From the IMG/VR virus record IMGVR_UViG_3300013767_000024, positions 1 through 25,106 of that record: a stretch of 25,106 nt of DNA; one strand, 5' to 3'. Origin of the DNA: a virus (taxonomy: Duplodnaviria > Caudoviricetes). The notes below the pieces were generated by a model. It did not search any database, was not told where the DNA came from, and saw only the letters and a program-made list of their open reading frames with translations. Of the stretch, positions 16,499-24,094 are shown one piece after another. Position 1 is the stretch's first letter, and every line of letters begins with the position of its first letter. The position numbers and the translations under genes are program-made.

Positions 16499-17827
16499 TT
16501 AGCCGGCGTGCTCGAACACCACGGCGCGCTTGTAGTACGACGCGCTGGCGGTCGGCACGATGTTGGTGTTGACGGTCTGGTCGGTCGGGGCCGTGTAGCC
16601 GCCGATCCAGTACCAGGACTGGGCGATGATCTGTTGCAGGCGGTCCAGCGGCTCGCGCGTGACGTGCACGATGTCGTCGACGATGTCGATGACCGCGTTG
16701 TCGTTCGGCGTTTCTTCCTGCCCCATGCCCTCGAAATCGCCCTCGACCAGCGCTTCAGCGCCAACCAGGATCGGACGCCGCACGGTCACGCCGCCGAGCG
16801 CCTGCACGTAGGCCTCGGTGGTCGGGATGACGCGCACGTCAACCAGTTCCACGACGCGGCCCATGCGGAACTCCTTGGCCGCCGCGGTGGCGCCTTGGAA
16901 GAGCTGCTTGAAGTCCGGATCCGCGAAGAACTGGCGGCCGGACACTGGGTCGAGGTAGAAGTTGTACATGCCGTCGACGGTCGGCACGGCGTTGCGGCGC
17001 AGGTAGGCCACGCCGTCCAACACGCTGCCCATGGTCAGCAGGTCGGTGCCGACGATGGCCGAGGTATTGCCGCGGCCGTTCGGGCGCAGGATGAACGGAG
17101 CAACGCCGGCGCCGCCGTTGTATGCCGTGACGGTGTTCAGCGCGGTGCCGTCGGCCACGGTCACGTTGCCCGAGAAGGTCAGCGTACCCGAGATGCCACC
17201 AGGCGCGGTCGAGACGTTCGAGCCGTCTGCCGCAGCGCCAGTCAGCGTGTAGGTGTTCGACCCCACCGTGACCGTCATGGTGTTGGTGCCCGACACAGCG
17301 GTGAGCTGGCCGTTCACGAACACCTGCTGGAAACCACGAATGTCGTCGACGTTGATGGTCGCGGCCGGGGCGCCAAGCGTGGTGCGCACGCGCGTGTTGC
17401 CGCCCATGTAGGAGTTGAACAGCGCATTTCGGGCGAGACGGTCGAGGGACTGGGCTGCCTGCACGCCGTTGGTCTTCGCGTTCTGGAGGAACTGGCCGAC
17501 GATACCGACGCGGGTGGTGACCGTGTTCAGGTCGATCGAGTCGCCGTACATGTTGATCGACAACGTGTACTGCTCGACGGTCCAGGTGGATGGCGTCAGG
17601 CCGTTGTCGAGGTTGGTGTTGCTCGACGGCGTGATGGGAGTGGTGACGGGCGCCTTCAGGCCCGGACGCGTCTTGGTGATGGTTTCACCAATCTGGTTCG
17701 GGAAAGGCTCGCGGCGGGCGATCTGGCGGAAGCCGAGGATCGACTGGATACCATCCTGGAACTCGCGTTGCAGGAAGTTCTGCTGGATGATCGGCTGCAG
17801 AGCGGCCGGGAAATTGCTGATGGGCAT
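16499..17827 (-). CDS. Major capsid protein (HK97-fold, N4-gp56/DUF4043-like) with beta-rich insertion
   Basis: 442 aa after the scaffold, GGAG RBS. GETITKTR, YGDSIDLN, AAQSLDRLARNAL and DRLQQIIAQSWYW motifs. Confidence 0.88.
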   Translation of the reverse strand: MPISNFPAALQPIIQQNFLQREFQDGIQSILGFRQIARREPFPNQIGETITKTRPGLKAPVTTPITPSSNTNLDNGLTPSTWTVEQYTLSINMYGDSIDLNTVTTRVGIVGQFLQNAKTNGVQAAQSLDRLARNALFNSYMGGNTRVRTTLGAPAATINVDDIRGFQQVFVNGQLTAVSGTNTMTVTVGSNTYTLTGAAADGSNVSTAPGGISGTLTFSGNVTVADGTALNTVTAYNGGAGVAPFILRPNGRGNTSAIVGTDLLTMGSVLDGVAYLRRNAVPTVDGMYNFYLDPVSGRQFFADPDFKQLFQGATAAAKEFRMGRVVELVDVRVIPTTEAYVQALGGVTVRRPILVGAEALVEGDFEGMGQEETPNDNAVIDIVDDIVHVTREPLDRLQQIIAQSWYWIGGYTAPTDQTVNTNIVPTASASYYKRAVVFEHAG

Positions 17828-17927
17828 TTATTGCTCCATGAAGGATGACGTTGAGTTGTCAGCTCCATGGGCGTCCGGCCCCGATGAGCTACCCCGCGCC
17901 GAAGCGCGGGGGCACTGCTTTTCTTGC

Positions 17928-18530
17928 TTAGCGCTTACCGCGAACTGCTTCGGCGCGCGCGACCGCGTATTCTTCGTCGGTCATCTCCGTGGCCTTCTTG
18001 GCCTTCGGATCAGCAGGTTTCGGCGGAGTGCCAGGCGTGCTGCTGCTGGCTGCACCGAACAGATACGGCTTTGACTTCTTGAGAGCTTCCATCAGCGCTT
18101 CGGCGCCCTCGACCTCGCCGGCCTCGTTGAGCTTGACGCTCGACAGATCGGCCAGCTTCAGACCGTCCAGATCGACCATGCCAGCCTTCAGCGCGGCGGC
18201 CTTCAGCTCGGCGCGGATGACACGCTGGTCGGCGGCGTCCTGCGCTGCCTTGACCTTCGCATCGGCGTCGGTGGCTGCCTTGGCGGCAGCTTCCTCGGCG
18301 GCCTTCTTGGCCGTCTCGGTTTCCTGATACTTCAGCCGGTAGCCAGCGCTCTCGTTGCGCAGCTCGCGGACGTAGTCCTTCGAGAACGTCTCGGGGTCGC
18401 GCGGTGCAGGCGCGGGCGCGGGTGCCGGTGGATTGCCGCCGCCTCCGCCGCCACCGCCGCCACCTCCCGGATCATCGACGTAAGAGCGGAAGAACAGGCC
18501 GGCAATGAGCAACCTGAGGATGCTTTTCAT
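17928..18530 (-). CDS. Capsid scaffolding protein
   Basis: YVRELRNESAGYR, Ala/Lys coiled coil, LKKSKPYLF, and C-terminal EMTDEEYA are typical scaffold features. Confidence 0.88.
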   Translation of the reverse strand: MKSILRLLIAGLFFRSYVDDPGGGGGGGGGGGNPPAPAPAPAPRDPETFSKDYVRELRNESAGYRLKYQETETAKKAAEEAAAKAATDADAKVKAAQDAADQRVIRAELKAAALKAGMVDLDGLKLADLSSVKLNEAGEVEGAEALMEALKKSKPYLFGAASSSTPGTPPKPADPKAKKATEMTDEEYAVARAEAVRGKR

Positions 18531-18802
18531 GCGGCCTCCTTACGCTGCGAACGCAGGCGGAGCTCTTGCTCCTGCGCCTCTTCGCCAGCAGCGCCGGCGG
18601 CGATGGCGTTCTCCATCTGCGTGAGGTTCATGTGGATGCCAACGGACAGCAATTCGTTCGCCTTGGCATGGTTGACGTTATGTCCAGCCATGCCGATGGT
18701 TCCGTCATTGTTGAGCGTCAGCACCACGCAGCCCATCACCTTGAGCTTGTGGCAAATCGCGGGAGCGACATTCCCCAAGTGAATGTCTTGCGGCAGGTCC
18801 AT
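18527..18802 (-). CDS. Hypothetical protein, 91 aa
   Basis: GGAGG RBS before MDLPQDIH (ATG 18802). ATGA overlap with the scaffold start. Confidence 0.65.
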   Translation of the reverse strand: MDLPQDIHLGNVAPAICHKLKVMGCVVLTLNNDGTIGMAGHNVNHAKANELLSVGIHMNLTQMENAIAAGAAGEEAQEQELRLRSQRKEAA

Positions 18803-18870
18803 CAGGCCTCCAGAGTCAAAGCCCGCCATCTGGGCGGGGGTTACAGAACGCCAGGCACCAGGCCCAGCGG

Positions 18871-20355
18871 TTAATCATCAGATTGCGAAAGCGGCGGATC
18901 CTTCGGCTTTGCAGCCTGCGAGTTCGGCGGCGGCGGATCGGCGTCGATCTGCCGGATCTCGTCGGCCGGGTCGGCAATGTCGTAGGCCGGCGCGATCGAC
19001 TTCACCGCGGTCTCGCGGGACAGCAGGCCAGCACCGCGCAGCACGTCGAGCGTCGTCGCCTGCGTGCTCTTGTCGGCATAGGTCGGCGCGTACCACTGCG
19101 GCCAGCGCAGCGAGAGATCTTTGTCTTGACTCAGATCGCCGACAGCGCGGCCCTTCTTGTCCTTGAGCGGGTACTTCGCCGAGGCGCGCACCACCATGTT
19201 CAGCAGCGACAGCAGCGCGCCCTCGCCATAGCTGATGCGCAGCTTGTCGGCCAGCCAGATGAGCGACTGATTCATCAGCTCCATGGCGCGGCCAGACTGG
19301 GCGGCAGACAGCTTGTCCGCGTTCGCCCGGTTGCCCCCGGCGCCTTCCAGCGCCAGTTCGCGCAGGCCGCGCACCCACTCCATCACCGCCTGGGCCGCCT
19401 CGCCGCTAATCTCCAGCAGTTTGGCGTCGCCCTCAGTGCTGGTGACGATGGCGTTGGCTGCGCCCTTCACGACCTTGGCATCGCCCTCGGCACTGAATGC
19501 CGGCTCCTTGATGTGGAGCGTCGGGTCAGACTGATATTTCAGGCCCCGGCCGCCCTGGCTCAGCAGGTAGTCGGCCTCGATCTGTGTGTCGATCGCCTCG
19601 ACGGGGAAGGTCGGGCAGCCGTCCGCGCTGTCGCCACCGGGCAGGTTGCGCACCCAAGCGATGGGCACGAAGTCCAGGTTGTGCTTGGTCGTTCGCTCGC
19701 CGTCGACCACAGGCGCCTTGTCGTCGCGCGCGTCCTTCAGCGTCTGCGGCTGGTACCACGTCTCGGCGTTCGTATCCCAGACGCGCTGGAACCAGAAATC
19801 GGTATTGAGATCGCTCTCGGCGATCGGATAGCCCGCCTCTTTCAGCAGGCTGCCGCGCACCTTGTACCGCTCGGTGACGCTCGCCAGCGTGTCGGGGGCG
19901 TCCTCCTGCCACTCAGGCGTGAGGTAGGCCGTGGCCATCACCGACCAGAACACGCGACCCTTCAGCACGCGCATCAGCACGGCCACCGAGCCCACAGAGC
20001 CAGTGGTGGCCGCGTCGATCATCACCTGGTTGAGCTGCGTCTCGACGATGAGCTTGGTCAGCGAGTCGCGGGTCTTCTCATCGGCGCACTCCACAGCCGG
20101 GAAATGGCCCTCGGAGAACAGCAGCGACACCGAGTCATTGACCACGGTGCGGCAGATCCGCGTGCGGGCCGACGGCCGGCGGTGATCGAGCGGCACATAC
20201 TCCCCGGCTCCGTTCCTTTCCTCGCTGAACGGGTGCTTCAGCTCGTCGTATAGCGTGCCATCCAGCACGCGGGTCCGCGCTAGCAGCAGGGCCGTGCGCT
20301 CCGGGTAATCCGTGTCCTTCTGGTACGTGCCCTGCAGGGTCTTGAAGTCAGGCAT
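18871..20355 (-). CDS. Portal protein (SPP1 gp6-like)
   Basis: 494 aa directly after TerL, with HNLDFVPIAWVRN and AQSGRAMEL motifs. Confidence 0.88.
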   Translation of the reverse strand: MPDFKTLQGTYQKDTDYPERTALLLARTRVLDGTLYDELKHPFSEERNGAGEYVPLDHRRPSARTRICRTVVNDSVSLLFSEGHFPAVECADEKTRDSLTKLIVETQLNQVMIDAATTGSVGSVAVLMRVLKGRVFWSVMATAYLTPEWQEDAPDTLASVTERYKVRGSLLKEAGYPIAESDLNTDFWFQRVWDTNAETWYQPQTLKDARDDKAPVVDGERTTKHNLDFVPIAWVRNLPGGDSADGCPTFPVEAIDTQIEADYLLSQGGRGLKYQSDPTLHIKEPAFSAEGDAKVVKGAANAIVTSTEGDAKLLEISGEAAQAVMEWVRGLRELALEGAGGNRANADKLSAAQSGRAMELMNQSLIWLADKLRISYGEGALLSLLNMVVRASAKYPLKDKKGRAVGDLSQDKDLSLRWPQWYAPTYADKSTQATTLDVLRGAGLLSRETAVKSIAPAYDIADPADEIRQIDADPPPPNSQAAKPKDPPLSQSDD

Positions 20356-20357
20356 GT

Positions 20358-21644
20358 TCAGCGGCCCATGTGCGGCAGTTGCCTGTTGTGCGTGTTCACC
20401 GGCTTGGCAACCGGGTAGCGGAAGGCCAGCGGGTAGCCAGCGGCGTCGGTTATGTGGTCGAGGCCCGCCGTCTTGTCCGGCTCGCCGTTCTTGTCATAGA
20501 CCTGCTGCTCGAGCGCTTCGGTCAGCACCGGGCATGCATCGGTGTTGACCTTGTAGCGGCGCTCGCCCTTGTCGTTCAGGATCAGCGCGTTGACCGCGTT
20601 CAGCCGGTCCTTCACGGCCGGGTTGGTCGAGTTCGCGCGGATGGTGAAGCCGGCCTGCTGCAGGATCGACAGATCCGACACGCTGGCGCTCTTGCTGCTG
20701 GTGTTCTGGCCGCTGGCGTCCGGATAGACCATCATCGGGTGGCCGGCAGACTTGAACCGGTCGTTCAGCAGCCGCGCCATCTCTGGCGTGTCGCGCACGT
20801 CTTTGAACTCCTGCACCGCATGCGGCCAGCCGTCGCGCAGTACGTGGACAGCCGCTGCCATCTTGGTGACGTTGAAGTCCATGCCAATCATCAGCGGCTC
20901 GCCAGGGATTGCCACCGTCGGCGCGTGATTCTTCACGCGGTCGAAGTCCGGATACACCGCCCCGCTGGTCAGGTTGACGAACTGGCCACGCAGGTATGCC
21001 TTGATCAGCTGCGGCGGGTAACTGGCACGCAGCGACGGAATGTAGTCTTCCGGCAGATTCTTGGCGTTCTGGTATGTGCTCGCCTGCACCAGGCCGTAGA
21101 GCGTGGCCAGCTCGGGCTTGTCGCGCACCGCCTTGACGAACTGCTCGTAGACGAACTTGAAGCCCTCGGGCGTCGTCGTGACATCGATGCCGTTCAGCAG
21201 ACCGGGCGAGACCTGGCGCATACGCGCGATGATCTTGCGCCACGCAATCTGCGCCTTGTCTCGGCGCATCACGTCCAGCTCGTCGACCAGCCCTTTGCCG
21301 ATCTTGAAGCCCACGATCTCGCCGGGCTTGTCCATCGACCGGCAGATGATCGTGCCGCGGTACTGGCGGCCGGCGTACAGGTGCACCTCTTTGTGCGAGG
21401 CATTCACCCGCGCATGCAGGCCCCAGTCGGCGGCGACTTCCTCGATCGTCGGAAAGAAGATGTCGCGGATCTGGCCATAGGTCGGCGCGAAGTAGCCCGC
21501 ATTGATGCGCGGGAACTCCCAGACGTGCCGGCACAGGCCAGCGCAGCCAACCCACGTCTTCCCAGAGCCGAACCCGGCCACGAACGCCTTGAACTTGTGC
21601 GGCAGCGCCAGGAATTGGGACTGCGGTACGTTCAGCGACGGCAT
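20358..21644 (-). CDS. terL: Terminase large subunit
   Basis: Walker A AGFGSGKT, Walker B LVDE, motif TTTPEG, nuclease IGMDFN and DHITDAAGY. Confidence 0.96.
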   Translation of the reverse strand: MPSLNVPQSQFLALPHKFKAFVAGFGSGKTWVGCAGLCRHVWEFPRINAGYFAPTYGQIRDIFFPTIEEVAADWGLHARVNASHKEVHLYAGRQYRGTIICRSMDKPGEIVGFKIGKGLVDELDVMRRDKAQIAWRKIIARMRQVSPGLLNGIDVTTTPEGFKFVYEQFVKAVRDKPELATLYGLVQASTYQNAKNLPEDYIPSLRASYPPQLIKAYLRGQFVNLTSGAVYPDFDRVKNHAPTVAIPGEPLMIGMDFNVTKMAAAVHVLRDGWPHAVQEFKDVRDTPEMARLLNDRFKSAGHPMMVYPDASGQNTSSKSASVSDLSILQQAGFTIRANSTNPAVKDRLNAVNALILNDKGERRYKVNTDACPVLTEALEQQVYDKNGEPDKTAGLDHITDAAGYPLAFRYPVAKPVNTHNRQLPHMGR

Positions 21645-22093
21645 CAGGTGTCTTCCGGCTCGGGCAGGCTGGCGTCCTCCACCGTGACAGGCACGGACTT
21701 CGGAGCCGATTCAGCCGTCGGGATCGGATCAGGACGGTCGCTCCAGTTCTCCCGGTCGCGATTCTTCAGCCATATGAACGAAGCCGCCACGTCAGCCGGG
21801 ACGTGCTCCACGGTCTTGGCCCTCACGACCTTGCCTTGGTGCTGGAATACCTTCTCGCTGCTGTAGTTGTAACCAACGGCACGCTGGTACAGGGCGCGCT
21901 TCACCCGCTCGTCGGCTTCTTTCTTCGAGACTTTTAGGGCCTGACAAAACGCCGGGTACTCAATCTTCCAGCGGTACAGAGTGCGATCGGTAATGCCGAA
22001 GAACTCGGCAATTTCCATGTCTGTTGCGCCCAATTTGCATAGCTTCCTAGCCTGCGCGACGAACTCTGGCTGGTACTTGGTTGGCCGTGCCAT
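21644..22093 (-). CDS. terS: Terminase small subunit
   Basis: MARPTKY start, HTH (ATDMEIAEFFGITDRTLYRW), ALYQRAVG and IWLKNR motifs. Stop overlaps the terL start. Confidence 0.9.
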   Translation of the reverse strand: MARPTKYQPEFVAQARKLCKLGATDMEIAEFFGITDRTLYRWKIEYPAFCQALKVSKKEADERVKRALYQRAVGYNYSSEKVFQHQGKVVRAKTVEHVPADVAASFIWLKNRDRENWSDRPDPIPTAESAPKSVPVTVEDASLPEPEDT

Positions 22094-22113
22094 ACGCGCG
22101 GTCCTTGAATTGG

Positions 22114-22446
22114 GGTGCCGCCGCCCGTCGCCAAAAAGGAACCTGCACCGCAGGGCAGGAAGGAGACTGGCTTACGCTACGTCGGCGGCTGCCGGTGTTA
22201 TGCCCCACCGCCGGCCGGGGGCGACTCGCGCGACAAGCGAGACCAGGAAGAAGAAAGCCCGCGCGCGGGCAAAGTCCACAGAGAGTGTGGAGGAGACAAT
22301 TTGAGGATGGCGCGGGCTTATCTCGCGCGTGCCGGAGATCAACCCGACGAAGCTGGATCCCTTCACCCTCAGCGAAACGGACAAGCCGTTGGCGCGCCCG
22401 GCGCCCGATTGCCCGACCGTGTCGGCACTCTTCCGCTTCGCTGAGG
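22114..22446 (-). ncRNA. Cluster of structured RNA elements in the late leader upstream of terS
   Basis: Several consecutive stems, two of which have G-U pairs only on the minus strand. No credible ORF. Detailed in findings. Confidence 0.55.
22248..22299 (-). ncRNA. Double-hairpin sRNA-like element with anti-Shine-Dalgarno 5' end (resembles Betaproteobacteria toxic sRNAs)
   Basis: TTGTCTCCTCCACA-CTCTC-TGTGGA, then GCCCG-CGCG-CGGGC followed by TTTCTTCTT. Confidence 0.5.
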
Positions 22447-22480
22447 AGGCTCCCACAGGAGCCAGGTACTGCTGAAAGGC

Positions 22481-22759
22481 TTACACCGATGCGCACATGC
22501 GCCAGCGCGGCATCACCGTCGGGCGGCCACGCTTGGAGGCGCGCAGGTGGAACGTCTCGCGGGCGTTCAGGCCAGCCAGCGGCAGGCGCTCGGCCAGAGC
22601 CAGATACGGGCGGCCGGCGGCGCGGCGCACCCAGACGACTATGTTGCGTGCGACATAGCGGGCGAAATCGGTCACCGCGGTGGCGACTGATACGACGAAT
22701 ACGCGAAGCGCGGTGGTGACGCGCGACCAGGTGGAAATGGAGTTGTAAGTGATTGCCAT
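22481..22759 (-). CDS. Hypothetical basic protein, 92 aa
   Basis: TAAGGT RBS before MAITYNS; ends KRGRPTVMPRWRMCASV. Confidence 0.6.
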   Translation of the reverse strand: MAITYNSISTWSRVTTALRVFVVSVATAVTDFARYVARNIVVWVRRAAGRPYLALAERLPLAGLNARETFHLRASKRGRPTVMPRWRMCASV

Positions 22760-22766
22760 GGGTACC

Positions 22767-22841
22767 TTAGCCATCGTTGTCGGGCCAGCAGGCACGTGCC
22801 GAGACACCCCACAGCAGGAACCAGTAGGTCATCCAGAACAT
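22767..22841 (-). CDS. 24-aa Trp-rich hydrophobic peptide, first ORF of the late operon
   Basis: GGAG RBS 6 nt before ATG. Reads MFWMTYWFLLWGVSARACWPDNDG*. Confidence 0.45.
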   Translation of the reverse strand: MFWMTYWFLLWGVSARACWPDNDG

Positions 22842-22855
22842 GGCGGGCTCCAATG

Positions 22856-22889
22856 AAAAAAGCCCGCACCGGAGAACCGGGCGGGCTTT
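22856..22889 (-). terminator. tR'-like intrinsic terminator just downstream of the late promoter
   Basis: AAAGCCCGCCCGG-TTCT-CCGGTGCGGGCTTTTTT. Confidence 0.85.
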
Positions 22890-22916
22890 GGGGACTCTTG
22901 CGGCGAGTCTGGCGAA

Positions 22917-22945
22917 ATACTAGGCGAACTGTCCCAGAATTTCAA
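22917..22945 (-). promoter_or_regulatory. pR'-like sigma70 late promoter
   Basis: -35 TTGAAA (22945-22940), 17-nt spacer, -10 TAGTAT (22922-22917). Overlaps the stop codon of the Q-like gene. Confidence 0.7.
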
Positions 22946-23553
22946 GCTGTTTGTAAGGATTCGTCTTCGATCACGCCGTGCGCGCGGAAACTGGCGGTCA
23001 GAGTTTCGTCGGCACGCACTTCCAGCGCGCGCAGATGGGCGGTCAGCATCTTGTTCGCCCGCTCGTATGTGCTCTTGCTCCCGCCGCACTCGGCCGCGAT
23101 CTGGCGGAACGAGAAATCCTGATCCGCCCTCTCCTTCCCGGCATACCGGCGCCAGACCAGCGCGAGCATGGCCATGTCATTGCCCACGCCAATCAGACTT
23201 TGGTAGTAGCTGGCCAGCCCGCGCACGCCGTCCGCCCGCTCGACCTGGTAGGCATACCGGGCCCAGATGGCGTTCCGCTCGGGCTCGGGCAGGCGATCGC
23301 GCACCGCGGCCGTGATCATGCTGCACTGGGCCCGGATCTCGTCGGGCGACAGGCCGCCGAAGTTCACGGTGCCGCTGCCTGGCGTGCCGCGCAGCTGGTC
23401 GAGCCAGATCTGCTGCTGGTGCGTCAGGTCGTCGAGATCTTCCAGCATGTGTATCAGCATGTTGCGGAACGGCGCGCCTTGCCGCGGCGGCATGGATAGC
23501 ACCAGATACGACACATGCAGCGCCTGGGCCGTGCTTCGAAAGATCGCGTTCAT
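22942..23553 (-). CDS. Late-gene regulator, Q-like antiterminator (putative)
   Basis: Start MNAIFRS (ATGA overlap). C-terminal HTH-like FSFRQIAAECGGSKSTYER. Last early gene, immediately before a promoter plus terminator. Confidence 0.65.
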   Translation of the reverse strand: MNAIFRSTAQALHVSYLVLSMPPRQGAPFRNMLIHMLEDLDDLTHQQQIWLDQLRGTPGSGTVNFGGLSPDEIRAQCSMITAAVRDRLPEPERNAIWARYAYQVERADGVRGLASYYQSLIGVGNDMAMLALVWRRYAGKERADQDFSFRQIAAECGGSKSTYERANKMLTAHLRALEVRADETLTASFRAHGVIEDESLQTA

Positions 23554-23900
23554 TGGCTCACCTCCGGGACTTCGTTTCCAAACTTGCACGCGACGTATGC
23601 TCGCATCGCAGCTATCGTCGGCGTGCTGCCCCGGACGGGATCGCTATAGTCCTGATGGGCAGCAATCCAGAACGCCACACCGCCCTCCACTGCCGGCATG
23701 AGGCCAATACGCTCGCGATCGATGATCGGGCCGCCCTGCCCCCATTTCGTGGAAGGCGACCAACGCCGCCACAGGCCGCTACGGTCACGCCATTCGCAAG
23801 CATTCTGAGGCGAGACGATGCGCAAGGACGCGGAAATGATCCGCTCCGCCTTTCCGGCCCAGTAGTCCAGCAGTGCCCCCTCCAGTTCCGATACCTTCAT
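23550..23900 (-). CDS. NinX/DUF2591-family phage protein
   Basis: MKVSELEGALLDYW...WSPSTKWGQGGPIIDRERI...GSTPTIAAMRAYVACKFGNEV are family motifs. Confidence 0.8.
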   Translation of the reverse strand: MKVSELEGALLDYWAGKAERIISASLRIVSPQNACEWRDRSGLWRRWSPSTKWGQGGPIIDRERIGLMPAVEGGVAFWIAAHQDYSDPVRGSTPTIAAMRAYVACKFGNEVPEVSQ

Positions 23901-24094
23901 TCCTTCTCCCCGTAGTGTTGGCAACGCTTGCCGTGATTCCTTCGCTTGCCGCTGGCCAGCAGCTTCGTGCAGACCGTGTGCGTGGTGCCCATCAGCCGCG
24001 CGGTCTTCTCGTGCATGCACCCTTTGCAGCTGCGCGCCTCGTTCTGCTCGTAGACCTCGGCGGGGTCGCGAAACATGTAGGCCGGCAGCGTCAT
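23897..24094 (-). CDS. Small Cys-rich hypothetical protein, 65 aa
   Basis: MTLPAYMFRDPAEVYE...CKGC...C...RCQHY. ATGA overlaps at both ends. Confidence 0.75.
   Translation of the reverse strand: MTLPAYMFRDPAEVYEQNEARSCKGCMHEKTARLMGTTHTVCTKLLASGKRRNHGKRCQHYGEKE

Noticed and set aside
18405-18470. GGC/CCG and GCGCCC-type short tandem repeats
   Set aside because: They encode the scaffold's Gly/Pro linker and are not a CRISPR or independent repeat element.
22308-22446. Possible tRNA in the late leader (a stem followed by CGCCA)
   Set aside because: No T-loop GTTCRA or D-loop consensus and no cloverleaf could be built.
22047-22496. 149-aa and 94-aa minus-strand ORFs across the terS leader
   Set aside because: No clear RBS, atypical composition, and the region is dominated by RNA stems and a terminator-like hairpin.
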